Origin: an uncultured Clostridia bacterium
GTDB lineage: Bacteria; Bacillota; Clostridia; TANB77; CAG-508
Direction: 5' to 3'
Assembly (NCBI GenBank): GCA_948530865.1
Contig: CAOTKV010000003.1
Location: 41,881-105,880 of the forward strand
DNA length: 64,000 nucleotides
Every line of letters begins with the position of its first letter. The first letter of the stretch is position 1. The notes under the pieces are model-generated. The model saw only the letters and a list, made by a program, of their open reading frames with translations. It did not search any database and was not told the origin of the DNA. The translations under genes were made by a program, and so were the position numbers. Below are positions 46,842-54,899 of this stretch, piece after piece.

Positions 46842-47528
46842 TTACTCTTTCCGAAGCAGTGGAGCAATAACACCAGCAACATTCCTGAAGTCTGTGGTAA
46901 GCGGATTAAACTTTCGAAGTGCAGTAATCGCTTTAAAAACCTTCTGCGGTTCCACATATACAAATTTTCCACCTTCAATAAACTTTACAACTCCGAGTTC
47001 AACAACTTCAGGCGAAAGAACAACATTAGGATAAGCATCACGCACACGTGCATTCAATCTATCCCAGTCATCGTGCAGTTTCTGAGTTTCAGTCTTTCTC
47101 AGCTCATCAATATCCACAGTTCCATTATTTTGCTCGATAACAGCTTTGAATTTTTCATCAATATCGAGCAAACTGTATACCAGCAAATCTGTAAGTAAAT
47201 GCCAAAAGTATCCTTTGTAAAAAGCATTTGTCCTATCTTCTTTAGACAAATCTTTCCAAAATTCCCATACTCCTGGCTGACTGCTTGCACCATAATGCAA
47301 GCCTTCAAGACTACCAATTTTCTCTTTCTGTCCAATCCGAGTTACAAGAACATCGTACTCTGGCATTTCAGGTGTTTTCATAGAATTATACTTTTCAAGT
47401 GCACCATCTTCTCCATACATTTTGTAATGTTTTTTCAAAATATCTGGTGCTTCTACACCACGTAGAAAAGTTAAATTCTCCCGAGCTTCAGGTCGACATG
47501 CTGCATAATGAATGTAGTATCCAGGCAT
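46842..47528 (-). CDS. Putative zinc-dependent phospholipase C-like / metal-dependent hydrolase family protein
   Basis: The ATG at 47528 (MPGYYIHY) has the SD AGGAG 8 nt upstream (the track starts at a GTG at 47552). The His/Asp blocks YYIHYAA, GLHYGASS, GYFWHLLTDLL and HDDWDRLN resemble the Zn_dep_PLPC-type fold. The assignment is tentative. GC is about 40% by eye. Confidence 0.45.
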   Translation of the reverse strand: MPGYYIHYAACRPEARENLTFLRGVEAPDILKKHYKMYGEDGALEKYNSMKTPEMPEYDVLVTRIGQKEKIGSLEGLHYGASSQPGVWEFWKDLSKEDRTNAFYKGYFWHLLTDLLVYSLLDIDEKFKAVIEQNNGTVDIDELRKTETQKLHDDWDRLNARVRDAYPNVVLSPEVVELGVVKFIEGGKFVYVEPQKVFKAITALRKFNPLTTDFRNVAGVIAPLLRKE

Positions 47529-47595
47529 ATATATTCTCCTTTCTTTACACACGCACTAACTAAAAAGTAGTGCTAACAACATTTACAACGCAAGT

Positions 47596-47624
47596 AGTAT
47601 AACAGCATTTTTTTTCATTGTCAA
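47596..47624 (-). promoter_or_regulatory. Consensus-like promoter for the PLC-like gene
   Basis: The minus strand reads TTGACA, a 17-nt spacer, then TATACT. Confidence 0.55.
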
Positions 47625-47631
47625 CATACTT

Positions 47632-47823
47632 TTAATATTTTATTCTTGCTTCAAATCTCCACTTAGCAAGTCCACTTTTTATTTTGGTTTGTGACTCTCC
47701 AAAATATGTATTTTTTAGAATATAAAATTTTTCTCCACTTCTAAAACTTGTTGTAAAAATAAGTAAAACTAAAAATACTAATATTAAAAGTTTTACAATT
47801 AACTCTTTTTTATAATTTTTCAT
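47632..47823 (-). CDS. 63-aa secreted or membrane mini-protein coupled to sipW
   Basis: Its start overlaps the sipW stop by 4 nt (ATGA). It has an N-terminal hydrophobic segment, and its KSGLAKWRF echoes KSIARWNF of the 193-aa protein. Confidence 0.5.
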   Translation of the reverse strand: MKNYKKELIVKLLILVFLVLLIFTTSFRSGEKFYILKNTYFGESQTKIKSGLAKWRFEARIKY

Positions 47824-48302
47824 TCTTTCACATCCTTACTTATAAAATAAAAATATATATTTATCACAATAAATAACACTATATAAATTACAACTAACGG
47901 TTTTAAAATAAATATTATGAAAAAGCCAATTAATTTTGAATGATAAATAACTTTACCTTTTATACTAGATTTTAAAACTTCTTCATCATTTATATTATTT
48001 GCATCACCTTTTAAAATAAACCCCTTTTCTGTCTCGCCTACAATTCTATGTGTTACAAACGAATTGTCTAAATCTTTATATGTAACTATATCATTCTTTT
48101 TATAATTCTTATCTTCAGTAATTACTATTAGTTCACCACTCCTTATTTCTGGTTCCATGCTTCCTGATGTAACTATAAAAAATGATTTTCCAAATATTTT
48201 TATCAAATCTTCTTTTAAAATTATTTTTGAGTAAAATATATTAAAACCTATAGTTACTATAAAAATAATTAATATTATACTTATTAAAATTTTTATTTTC
48301 AT
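47820..48302 (-). CDS. sipW: Signal peptidase I, SipW (ER/archaeal) type
   Basis: 160 aa. An N-terminal TM, the SGSMEP catalytic Ser box, the VTHRIV His box, and a C-terminal TM. SD AAAGGAGG precedes the start. Confidence 0.8.
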   Translation of the reverse strand: MKIKILISIILIIFIVTIGFNIFYSKIILKEDLIKIFGKSFFIVTSGSMEPEIRSGELIVITEDKNYKKNDIVTYKDLDNSFVTHRIVGETEKGFILKGDANNINDEEVLKSSIKGKVIYHSKLIGFFIIFILKPLVVIYIVLFIVINIYFYFISKDVKE

Positions 48303-48321
48303 TTTCCTCCTTTAGAGGGTA

Positions 48322-48369
48322 AAACCTTCTGCTAAAAACATATCTCAATTTATTCTTAGCAGAGGGTTT
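48322..48369 (-). promoter_or_regulatory. Intra-operon stem-loop (partial terminator or attenuator) between the TasA-like gene and sipW
   Basis: A 13-bp inverted repeat, AAACCTTCTGCTA / TAGCAGAGGGTTT. It has one mismatch (A-C in the minus-strand RNA) and a 22-nt loop. UUUU follows the 3' arm on the minus strand. Confidence 0.5.
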
Positions 48370-48459
48370 CATAAATCCCCCTGCTTTTAATATATAAAGT
48401 TTTATAAGATTTTATTGGCAATAACCATCTTTTGTACTTGTATAGAAAGGTAATTTTGC

Positions 48460-49041
48460 TTATACATTGGCTTGTTTTCCAATTATTTGGATATTAAAGC
48501 CACATTCTAAAGATGAACTTTTATTGTTCAGATTTAAAGTTCCATCTTCGCTATCTATCAATGTCTCATCTGTTTCATTAAAAGGCCAATTCCAATGAAC
48601 TACTACTATTCTTTTTTGATTATTAGCTTCAACAGGAATTATTCCATTTAAATTTTCAACTGCTATTTGAGAAAATGAATTTTTTTCTTCTGTTTTTATA
48701 CTATTTCCTTTTTCATCTTTTGTTTCTGCATAAAATTTCATATTTCTTGGAATATTCATTTCATTTTCTACAATAATTTGATATTCAACTGGAACCTCAG
48801 AATCAGTAGCATCTACTTCAATTTCAAATTGACCACTAGAGCCAGGAGCAATCTTTTCTGTTGATAAATTTACATTTGCACCTGCATTTTTAGAATTGAA
48901 ATTCCATCTAGCAATACTCTTTTGAACAGAACCTATGTTTATAGATTTATAATACCTAGCAAATGTATAGCCAGCTAAAAACATAGTTAGAATTAATGAT
49001 ATACAAATTAATACTCCTATTACTCTTTTATTAATTTTCAT
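48460..49041 (-). CDS. SipW-dependent exported protein (TasA/camelysin-like class)
   Basis: 193 aa. The signal peptide ends in LAGYTFARY, which resembles the SipW-cognate signal class. The mature part is predicted beta-rich. It sits directly upstream of sipW. Confidence 0.6.
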   Translation of the reverse strand: MKINKRVIGVLICISLILTMFLAGYTFARYYKSINIGSVQKSIARWNFNSKNAGANVNLSTEKIAPGSSGQFEIEVDATDSEVPVEYQIIVENEMNIPRNMKFYAETKDEKGNSIKTEEKNSFSQIAVENLNGIIPVEANNQKRIVVVHWNWPFNETDETLIDSEDGTLNLNNKSSSLECGFNIQIIGKQANV

Positions 49042-49354
49042 TAAACCTCCTTTTTTATAAAATTTAAGTTAAATATTAAAACTGCATAAAAAAAGAGAAT
49101 ATATCTTTATGTTTTTATTTAGGGGCATAAAAAACAAACTATCACTTGAATTTTTTTATTTTTCCGTGCTTGGGGGCGCAACAAAAAAAGTTTAATTTTA
49201 ATATTTAATTTTATTTTTTGGAAATCTCTAAATACCAGAACGGTATTTATTTTTTTAGATTATTAAATACAGTTAAAATATTTAACTTGTTTGGAATTAT
49301 AACATCATATTTTTACTTTGTAAATACTTTTTTAAAATTTTTTTCAAAAAATTT

Positions 49355-49382
49355 AAGAGAATGCATTTTTATGCATTCTCTT
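49355..49382 (-). terminator. Rho-independent terminator after glgP
   Basis: AAGAGAATGCAT, loop TTTT, then ATGCATTCTCTT (12 bp). A T-run follows on the minus strand. Confidence 0.7.
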
Positions 49383-49388
49383 TGCTTT

Positions 49389-51950
49389 TTATTTTGTTAT
49401 CCATTTAACTAAATTTAAGTTTTCTGAATCCATTAACATTTCATGTTTTGGCATAACTCTAAATGTATATCCAAAGTTACCACCAGTTTTTAAATCTATT
49501 ACAGCTTCATAACTATATCTATGTTCTTCCAGATTTTCAGAAATTTTATTCATTGTACATGTATAAACATTTCTAACGCTTCCATTATCTAAAAATTGTC
49601 CAAAATATACTTGAATATCTGTATTAGCTTCATCTATATTTGGAAGATAAACTTCACAATTAACAGTTATTTGTGTTCCTGCTACTAATTTAGCATTATC
49701 AACATTTCTATCTTGTTTTATTTCTATTTTATCCCAATTTTCTTTTACATTTTGTTTCCATTTTGTAAATCTACCAACTCTTTCTAAATCATCAAAGTAA
49801 GCTTTTTTCAAATTACAAAGTGGCATATAAAGATCATTTACATAGTCTGTAACCATTCTTGCTGTACTATATTTTCCACCTGTTGTTCTTATTGAGTTCT
49901 TCATGTACGTTAACCATTCTTTAGAAACTCCATTTTCATCTTGATTATAGTATGCTGGAATAATTTTATTTTCTAATGTGTGATACAAACTGTTACTATC
50001 AGCTTTATCTTGTTCTTCATATGAATCATACTGTGCATTAGTTCCAATTGTCCATCCATTTGTTCCATCATATCCTTCACACCACCATCCATCTAATACA
50101 CTAAAGTTTACAACACCATTTACTGATGCTTTTTCTCCTGATGTACCAGAAGCTTCCATTGGTCTTCTAGGATTATTTAACCACACATCAACACCACTTA
50201 TTAAATATCTTGATACTCCAATATTATAGTTTTCAACTAAGAATATTTTTCCTTTAAATTGTGGCATTAAAGAAATTTCATGTATATATTTAATTAAATC
50301 TTGACCTTCTTTATCAGCAGGATGCGCTTTTCCAGCAAATACTAATTGAACTGGTCTTTTTTCATCATTTAATATTTGTGTAAGTCTTGCTATATCTTTA
50401 AATATTAATGTTGCTCTTTTATATGTTGCAAATCTTCTTGCAAATCCTATAGTTAAAGCTCTTGGATTTAATTTATTAACAACCTCTGCTATTTGATCAT
50501 ATCCAATTCCACTATTAACATATCTATCTGTAATGTTTTGTTTTAAAACACCCATCAATTTTTCTTTTCTTGCAATATGCTCAGCCCATAATTTATCATC
50601 TGGTATAGTATCAATTTTCTCCCATGTTGAATCAAGTTCAATTTTATCTTGCCAATATGGTGGTAAATATTCATTAAATAATTCTTTTATATTTGGTGCA
50701 AGCCAAGAACAAGTATGAATACCATTTGTTACATAAGTAATTGGTGACTCATCTTCTGCAATATTTGGCCATACATCACTAAATAATTCTCTTGAAACTT
50801 CACCATGTAATTTACTTACACCATTTTTCTTACCTGCAACTTTTAATGCAAGAATTCCCATGTTAAATCCAGGTTCTAAATCTTCTCCTGGCATACCCAT
50901 TTTCAAGAATTCTTCTTTAGAAATTCCAAGTGTATCCCAAAATCCATTAAAGTATTTTTCAACAAGCCATAAATCAAATATATCATTTCCTGCAGGAACT
51001 GGTGTATGTGTAGTAAACACGGTTTTTACTGTAGCTATTTCTCTAGCCATTTCAAAAGAAATTTGTTTTTCTTTCATTATATTTTTTATTAATTCTAATA
51101 TTAAGAATGATGAATGTCCTTCATTCATATGATATACAGAAGGTTCATAACCTAAAGTTTTTAATAATTTAACTCCAGCCATACCTAAAACAATCTCTTG
51201 ACGAATTCTCATTTCTTTATCTCCACCATATAAGCGAAGTGTAATTCCTCTAAAGTCTTCATCATTTTTTTCTATATCAGAATCCATTAAATAAAGTTTT
51301 ATTCTACCAACATTTATTTGCCATAATTTTAAATATAATGTTCTTCCATCCATTGGAATATCAATTATTAAATCATCTCCCATATTATCTTTTACAGTAC
51401 TTATAGGTAAATTATATAAATCAATATTATGATATTCTGAACATTGTTCTCCACGAGAATTAATTCTTTGATGAAAATATCCATTTTTATATAATAATCC
51501 AACAGCAACAAAAGGTAAACCTAAATCACTTGCTGATTTTAAATGATCACCTGATAGAATTCCAAGTCCTCCTGAATATATTGGTAATATTTCATCTAAA
51601 CCATATTCAGCAGAAAAATATGCAATTAAATCATTTTTATTATTTGGATAATTTTTATTGAACCAAGTATCTGAGCTATTTAAATAGCTGTCATAATTGT
51701 TAACAACTTTATCATATTCTTTTAAGAATTTTTGATCATTAACAATTTCTTCAATTCTTTCTTGACTAATCATTTTTAGAAATTTAACTGGATTCTTTTC
51801 GCTACATTCCCATAAATCGTTGTCTATTAGTTTAAATAATCTTAAAAATTCTGAATTCCAAGACCACCATAAATTATTAGCAATTTCTGAAAGTTTTGCT
51901 ATTCTCGCTGGAAGTTGTGGAACAACTGTTACTCTATTGAATATATACAT
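49389..51950 (-). CDS. glgP: Alpha-glucan (glycogen/maltodextrin) phosphorylase, GT35
   Basis: 853 aa. HMNEGHSSF, a PMEASGTSGEKASVNG PLP-lysine region, and a C-terminal extra domain typical of the alpha-glucan phosphorylase subfamily. Confidence 0.85.
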   Translation of the reverse strand: MYIFNRVTVVPQLPARIAKLSEIANNLWWSWNSEFLRLFKLIDNDLWECSEKNPVKFLKMISQERIEEIVNDQKFLKEYDKVVNNYDSYLNSSDTWFNKNYPNNKNDLIAYFSAEYGLDEILPIYSGGLGILSGDHLKSASDLGLPFVAVGLLYKNGYFHQRINSRGEQCSEYHNIDLYNLPISTVKDNMGDDLIIDIPMDGRTLYLKLWQINVGRIKLYLMDSDIEKNDEDFRGITLRLYGGDKEMRIRQEIVLGMAGVKLLKTLGYEPSVYHMNEGHSSFLILELIKNIMKEKQISFEMAREIATVKTVFTTHTPVPAGNDIFDLWLVEKYFNGFWDTLGISKEEFLKMGMPGEDLEPGFNMGILALKVAGKKNGVSKLHGEVSRELFSDVWPNIAEDESPITYVTNGIHTCSWLAPNIKELFNEYLPPYWQDKIELDSTWEKIDTIPDDKLWAEHIARKEKLMGVLKQNITDRYVNSGIGYDQIAEVVNKLNPRALTIGFARRFATYKRATLIFKDIARLTQILNDEKRPVQLVFAGKAHPADKEGQDLIKYIHEISLMPQFKGKIFLVENYNIGVSRYLISGVDVWLNNPRRPMEASGTSGEKASVNGVVNFSVLDGWWCEGYDGTNGWTIGTNAQYDSYEEQDKADSNSLYHTLENKIIPAYYNQDENGVSKEWLTYMKNSIRTTGGKYSTARMVTDYVNDLYMPLCNLKKAYFDDLERVGRFTKWKQNVKENWDKIEIKQDRNVDNAKLVAGTQITVNCEVYLPNIDEANTDIQVYFGQFLDNGSVRNVYTCTMNKISENLEEHRYSYEAVIDLKTGGNFGYTFRVMPKHEMLMDSENLNLVKWITK

Positions 51951-52177
51951 TATATATTCCTCCTTCGTATTTTTTAAAATTTAATTCTTCTGTTATCATA
52001 ATAATTATTATCTATTAAAATCATTTTTTTGTCAATTATTTTCTAAGATTTATTCCTACTTTTATAACTAATCTTTTCGTTTTACATGAACTTTATTTTT
52101 TTATTACTTTTCTGTAACATTATAGTTTATTTTATAATTCTATTATATAATGAACTATATTATGGGAGGTTTTTTAT

Positions 52178-53665
52178 ATGAAATTAAATACAAATAAAAG
52201 GATAATGCTTTGCTCAAAAGCTTTATATTCAGAGCAATTAAACTGTTATGCAACATTATGTGAATGTTATCAAGCTTTAGCTAAGAAATTAGGATCTAGA
52301 GCAACTTCTTTAGATGTTCAAAAAAGATATTCAAAATATTTAACTTTAGCGTCAAGTGGTGATTTAAGTTTTTTAGAAAAAGAAAATAATTACATATTTT
52401 CAGAAACTTATCAAGGTGCTAGATTTCAACATACTGAATCACAAATATTTAAAGAATATGCTGAACAATGTAAAAAGCTTCGCCAATTTAAAGATGGTGC
52501 TGCTATACTTGCAGATGCTTTTTGTGAAGATGGACCACCTTACCAAGATGCTTTAGATAATTATTCTAAATATATGAGAAAAACATCAAAAGAAACAAGA
52601 AATTTTGATAAAGAAATTTCAGCACACTCACCATCATATATTGGTCATAATTATTATATAAAAAGCCATAATGCAATAAAAACAATAAAAGGTATAGATG
52701 CTTCTCATTTAGATGGGCTACCTATTTCATTAGAGCTTGCTCCTGAGCAATTTGGTGCCAATATTTCAGGTTTTACTACTATGGAAAAATTAATGGAAAC
52801 AACAAAACAAGATGCTCATCAAATAGATACAAAAGAAGAACTTTTAGAATATTCAAAACGTCCTAATATAATTCAAGAAACAGGTTATAGATTTTTTGCT
52901 AAAAATCAAAGAGGACTAGCACTATCTCTTGCAGCTATGGTAGCAATTGGAGCAGCTGCTGGTATTACTTCTCAGATAAAAACAGCTCATGATTATAATA
53001 GTCTAAATATAGATACTTTAAGTGAAAATGGATATAAATCAGATTTATCTAATAAAACTATTGCTTCAATTCAAAATGTTGAAAAAACATTAAAAGAATT
53101 GCAAGAACAAAGTACAATCCCAACTGAAGATCAATTACGTGATGTTGGCACTACATTAGACGATTTATTTGATGATATTATTCAAGAAAAATTAACACCT
53201 TCATTTTTAGAAGCGCATCCAGAAGCAAAAGATATTAATGTTGAACATTATTATAATTATCAAGATCCAGAAGCCCAATATAAAGCTGTTATAATAACAT
53301 ATACAGATAGCGAAGGTAATAAAAAAGAAGAAAGAGTTACTAATTTTTCTACTGCAAGTTTGTTTTCTTCACATGATATGGAAAAGGTATTTGAACATGA
53401 GTATGATATTGATGGGTCATATGGCGATATAGGAAGCATTTTCTCTACACCTGGTAATTATATTGAAAATGGAAAAGATGTTAAAGATGTATTAAAAGGA
53501 TATAGTAAAAACCTTGAGTTTATGAAACATCTTTCAGCAGTAGAATTAAATTATAAAGATGGTAATTTATTTGGAATTATGCCTTCTTCAATAAAATCAG
53601 ATATTCCTGAAAAAACAGATAAATCTTCTCAAGATAATAGAAATGTTGATGATGAAGAAAGATAA
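52178..53665 (+). CDS. Single-pass membrane protein of unknown function
   Basis: 495 aa. SD GGGAGG precedes the start. The single TM is LALSLAAMVAIGAAAGITSQI (about residues 247-268), and the C-terminal tail is acidic. It is one of the few native-composition plus-strand genes. Confidence 0.6.
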   Translation: MKLNTNKRIMLCSKALYSEQLNCYATLCECYQALAKKLGSRATSLDVQKRYSKYLTLASSGDLSFLEKENNYIFSETYQGARFQHTESQIFKEYAEQCKKLRQFKDGAAILADAFCEDGPPYQDALDNYSKYMRKTSKETRNFDKEISAHSPSYIGHNYYIKSHNAIKTIKGIDASHLDGLPISLELAPEQFGANISGFTTMEKLMETTKQDAHQIDTKEELLEYSKRPNIIQETGYRFFAKNQRGLALSLAAMVAIGAAAGITSQIKTAHDYNSLNIDTLSENGYKSDLSNKTIASIQNVEKTLKELQEQSTIPTEDQLRDVGTTLDDLFDDIIQEKLTPSFLEAHPEAKDINVEHYYNYQDPEAQYKAVIITYTDSEGNKKEERVTNFSTASLFSSHDMEKVFEHEYDIDGSYGDIGSIFSTPGNYIENGKDVKDVLKGYSKNLEFMKHLSAVELNYKDGNLFGIMPSSIKSDIPEKTDKSSQDNRNVDDEER

Positions 53666-53668
53666 AAA

Positions 53669-53696
53669 GCCGAGAATAAAATTCTCGACTTTTTTA
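53669..53696. terminator. Bidirectional rho-independent terminator
   Basis: CGAGAAT, loop AAA, then ATTCTCG, followed by ACTTTTTT. It lies between the convergent 495-aa ORF and cdd. Confidence 0.65.
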
Positions 53697-53702
53697 TTAT
53701 GT

Positions 53703-54095
53703 TCATATTTTGAATCCATATGGTAATAATTCTTTCATTGTATATTCTTCAACTTTTTTATCATATACTGTATATATTTTAAAGTTTTCATCTACAAATT
53801 CACTCATAAATTGTCTACAATATCCACAAGGTAAGCATTGTTCTGGTGCTTTATCTTTTGGTCCTCCAATTACTACTATACAATCAAATTCTCTTTCACC
53901 TTCTGATATTGCTTTTACAAAAGCTGTTCTTTCTGCACAAATACTTTGAATTCCAGAATTTTCAATATTACATCCATAATATCTTTTTCCATTTTTACAT
54001 CTTAAAGTTGCACCTACAGTATATCCTGAATGTGGCGCATATGCCCTTGTTCTAGCATCAGTTGCAAGCATAATTTCATCTTTTATATTAATCAT
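53703..54095 (-). CDS. cdd: Cytidine deaminase
   Basis: 130 aa. It carries the CAERTA and PCGYCRQ zinc-binding motifs. Confidence 0.9.
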   Translation of the reverse strand: MINIKDEIMLATDARTRAYAPHSGYTVGATLRCKNGKRYYGCNIENSGIQSICAERTAFVKAISEGEREFDCIVVIGGPKDKAPEQCLPCGYCRQFMSEFVDENFKIYTVYDKKVEEYTMKELLPYGFKI

Positions 54096-54104
54096 GTTTA
54101 CCTC

Positions 54105-54899
54105 CTATTTATATTTCTTAATGTTTACTAGCAATTTTCCACTTTTAGTTTCTTTTTCTATTCCTTCAAAAATAAATTTTCCTTTTCCTCTAATTGTTAT
54201 TATATCATTTAATTCTATTTTTTTGGAAAATTTAAATTCATTAATTGAATTCACAAAAACTCTTCCCATTTCAATTATCTCATTTGCCTTAGTCCTAGAA
54301 CATTTTGTAAGTTCAGATACAAAATTATCAAGCCTCATTGAAGAAATAATTATATTAAAATCTTCATATTCATTTTCTATAATTTCAATATTATTTATAT
54401 TTTCTATACTAATAAGTGATTTTCTAAATCTAGTTAAATCTTGAAGCCCTTCTTTTAAATATTTAGATACTTCACATAAAGATATAATATCAGCACCAGT
54501 ATCTGTTACTAATATATCTCCAAACTTTTCTCTTTTAATTCCCAATTTCATTATGCCACTTAAGAATTCTCTATGTTCATAACTAATATTATTTGGTAAC
54601 TTTATTCTTATAACTTCTAAAATCTTACTATAATTTTTTTCTACCATTTCTTTTGAAAGTTTTTCAGGATAGAAAATTATAAGATTTCTATCAGCCTCTT
54701 CTCTTCCACCATAAATTATATAATTATTAACTTTTTCTTCACTAAGCATTTTCTTTATAATTGCCAAACTAGAAATATCTAAAAAATCTGTATAAGTAAT
54801 TTTATTTTTATTTATACAAAATCCATATTTATCAATAACTTTAGCAACTAGTAATTTGTTTTCATTATCTTTATATTTTTCTCTTGATTTTTCAAACAT
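54105..54899 (-). CDS. YlmH-like RNA-binding S4 domain protein
   Basis: 264 aa. The C-terminal S4 block is MRLDNFVSELTKCSRTKANEIIEMGRVFVNS...IITIRGKGKF. The annotated start overlaps the dxs 3' end by 52 nt. Confidence 0.65.
   Translation of the reverse strand: MFEKSREKYKDNENKLLVAKVIDKYGFCINKNKITYTDFLDISSLAIIKKMLSEEKVNNYIIYGGREEADRNLIIFYPEKLSKEMVEKNYSKILEVIRIKLPNNISYEHREFLSGIMKLGIKREKFGDILVTDTGADIISLCEVSKYLKEGLQDLTRFRKSLISIENINNIEIIENEYEDFNIIISSMRLDNFVSELTKCSRTKANEIIEMGRVFVNSINEFKFSKKIELNDIITIRGKGKFIFEGIEKETKSGKLLVNIKKYK

Noticed and set aside
18100-47630. The four GC-richer blocks considered as integron cassettes, a fragmented prophage or a single mobile element.
   Set aside because: I found no integrase, transposase, attC-like imperfect repeats or direct repeats at the block edges. 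The blocks are also separated by native housekeeping operons.
49230-49256. AAATACC-AGAAC-GGTATTT followed by a T-run, which looks like a plus-strand terminator.
   Set aside because: There is no plus-strand gene upstream to terminate, and the stem is only 7 bp and AT-rich. It is more likely part of the minus-strand leader of the fibre gene.
49042-49388. A known riboswitch (c-di-GMP or similar) upstream of the TasA-like gene.
   Set aside because: I could not align the C-rich boxes to any riboswitch consensus I remember. I retained it only as a generic long-leader observation.
54848-54899. The 52-nt overlap between the dxs 3' end and the ylmH-like start, considered as a possible programmed feature.
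   Set aside because: A mis-assigned start for the downstream gene (an alternative start codon further in) or a slightly extended dxs tail explains it more simply. No slippery sequence was noticed.
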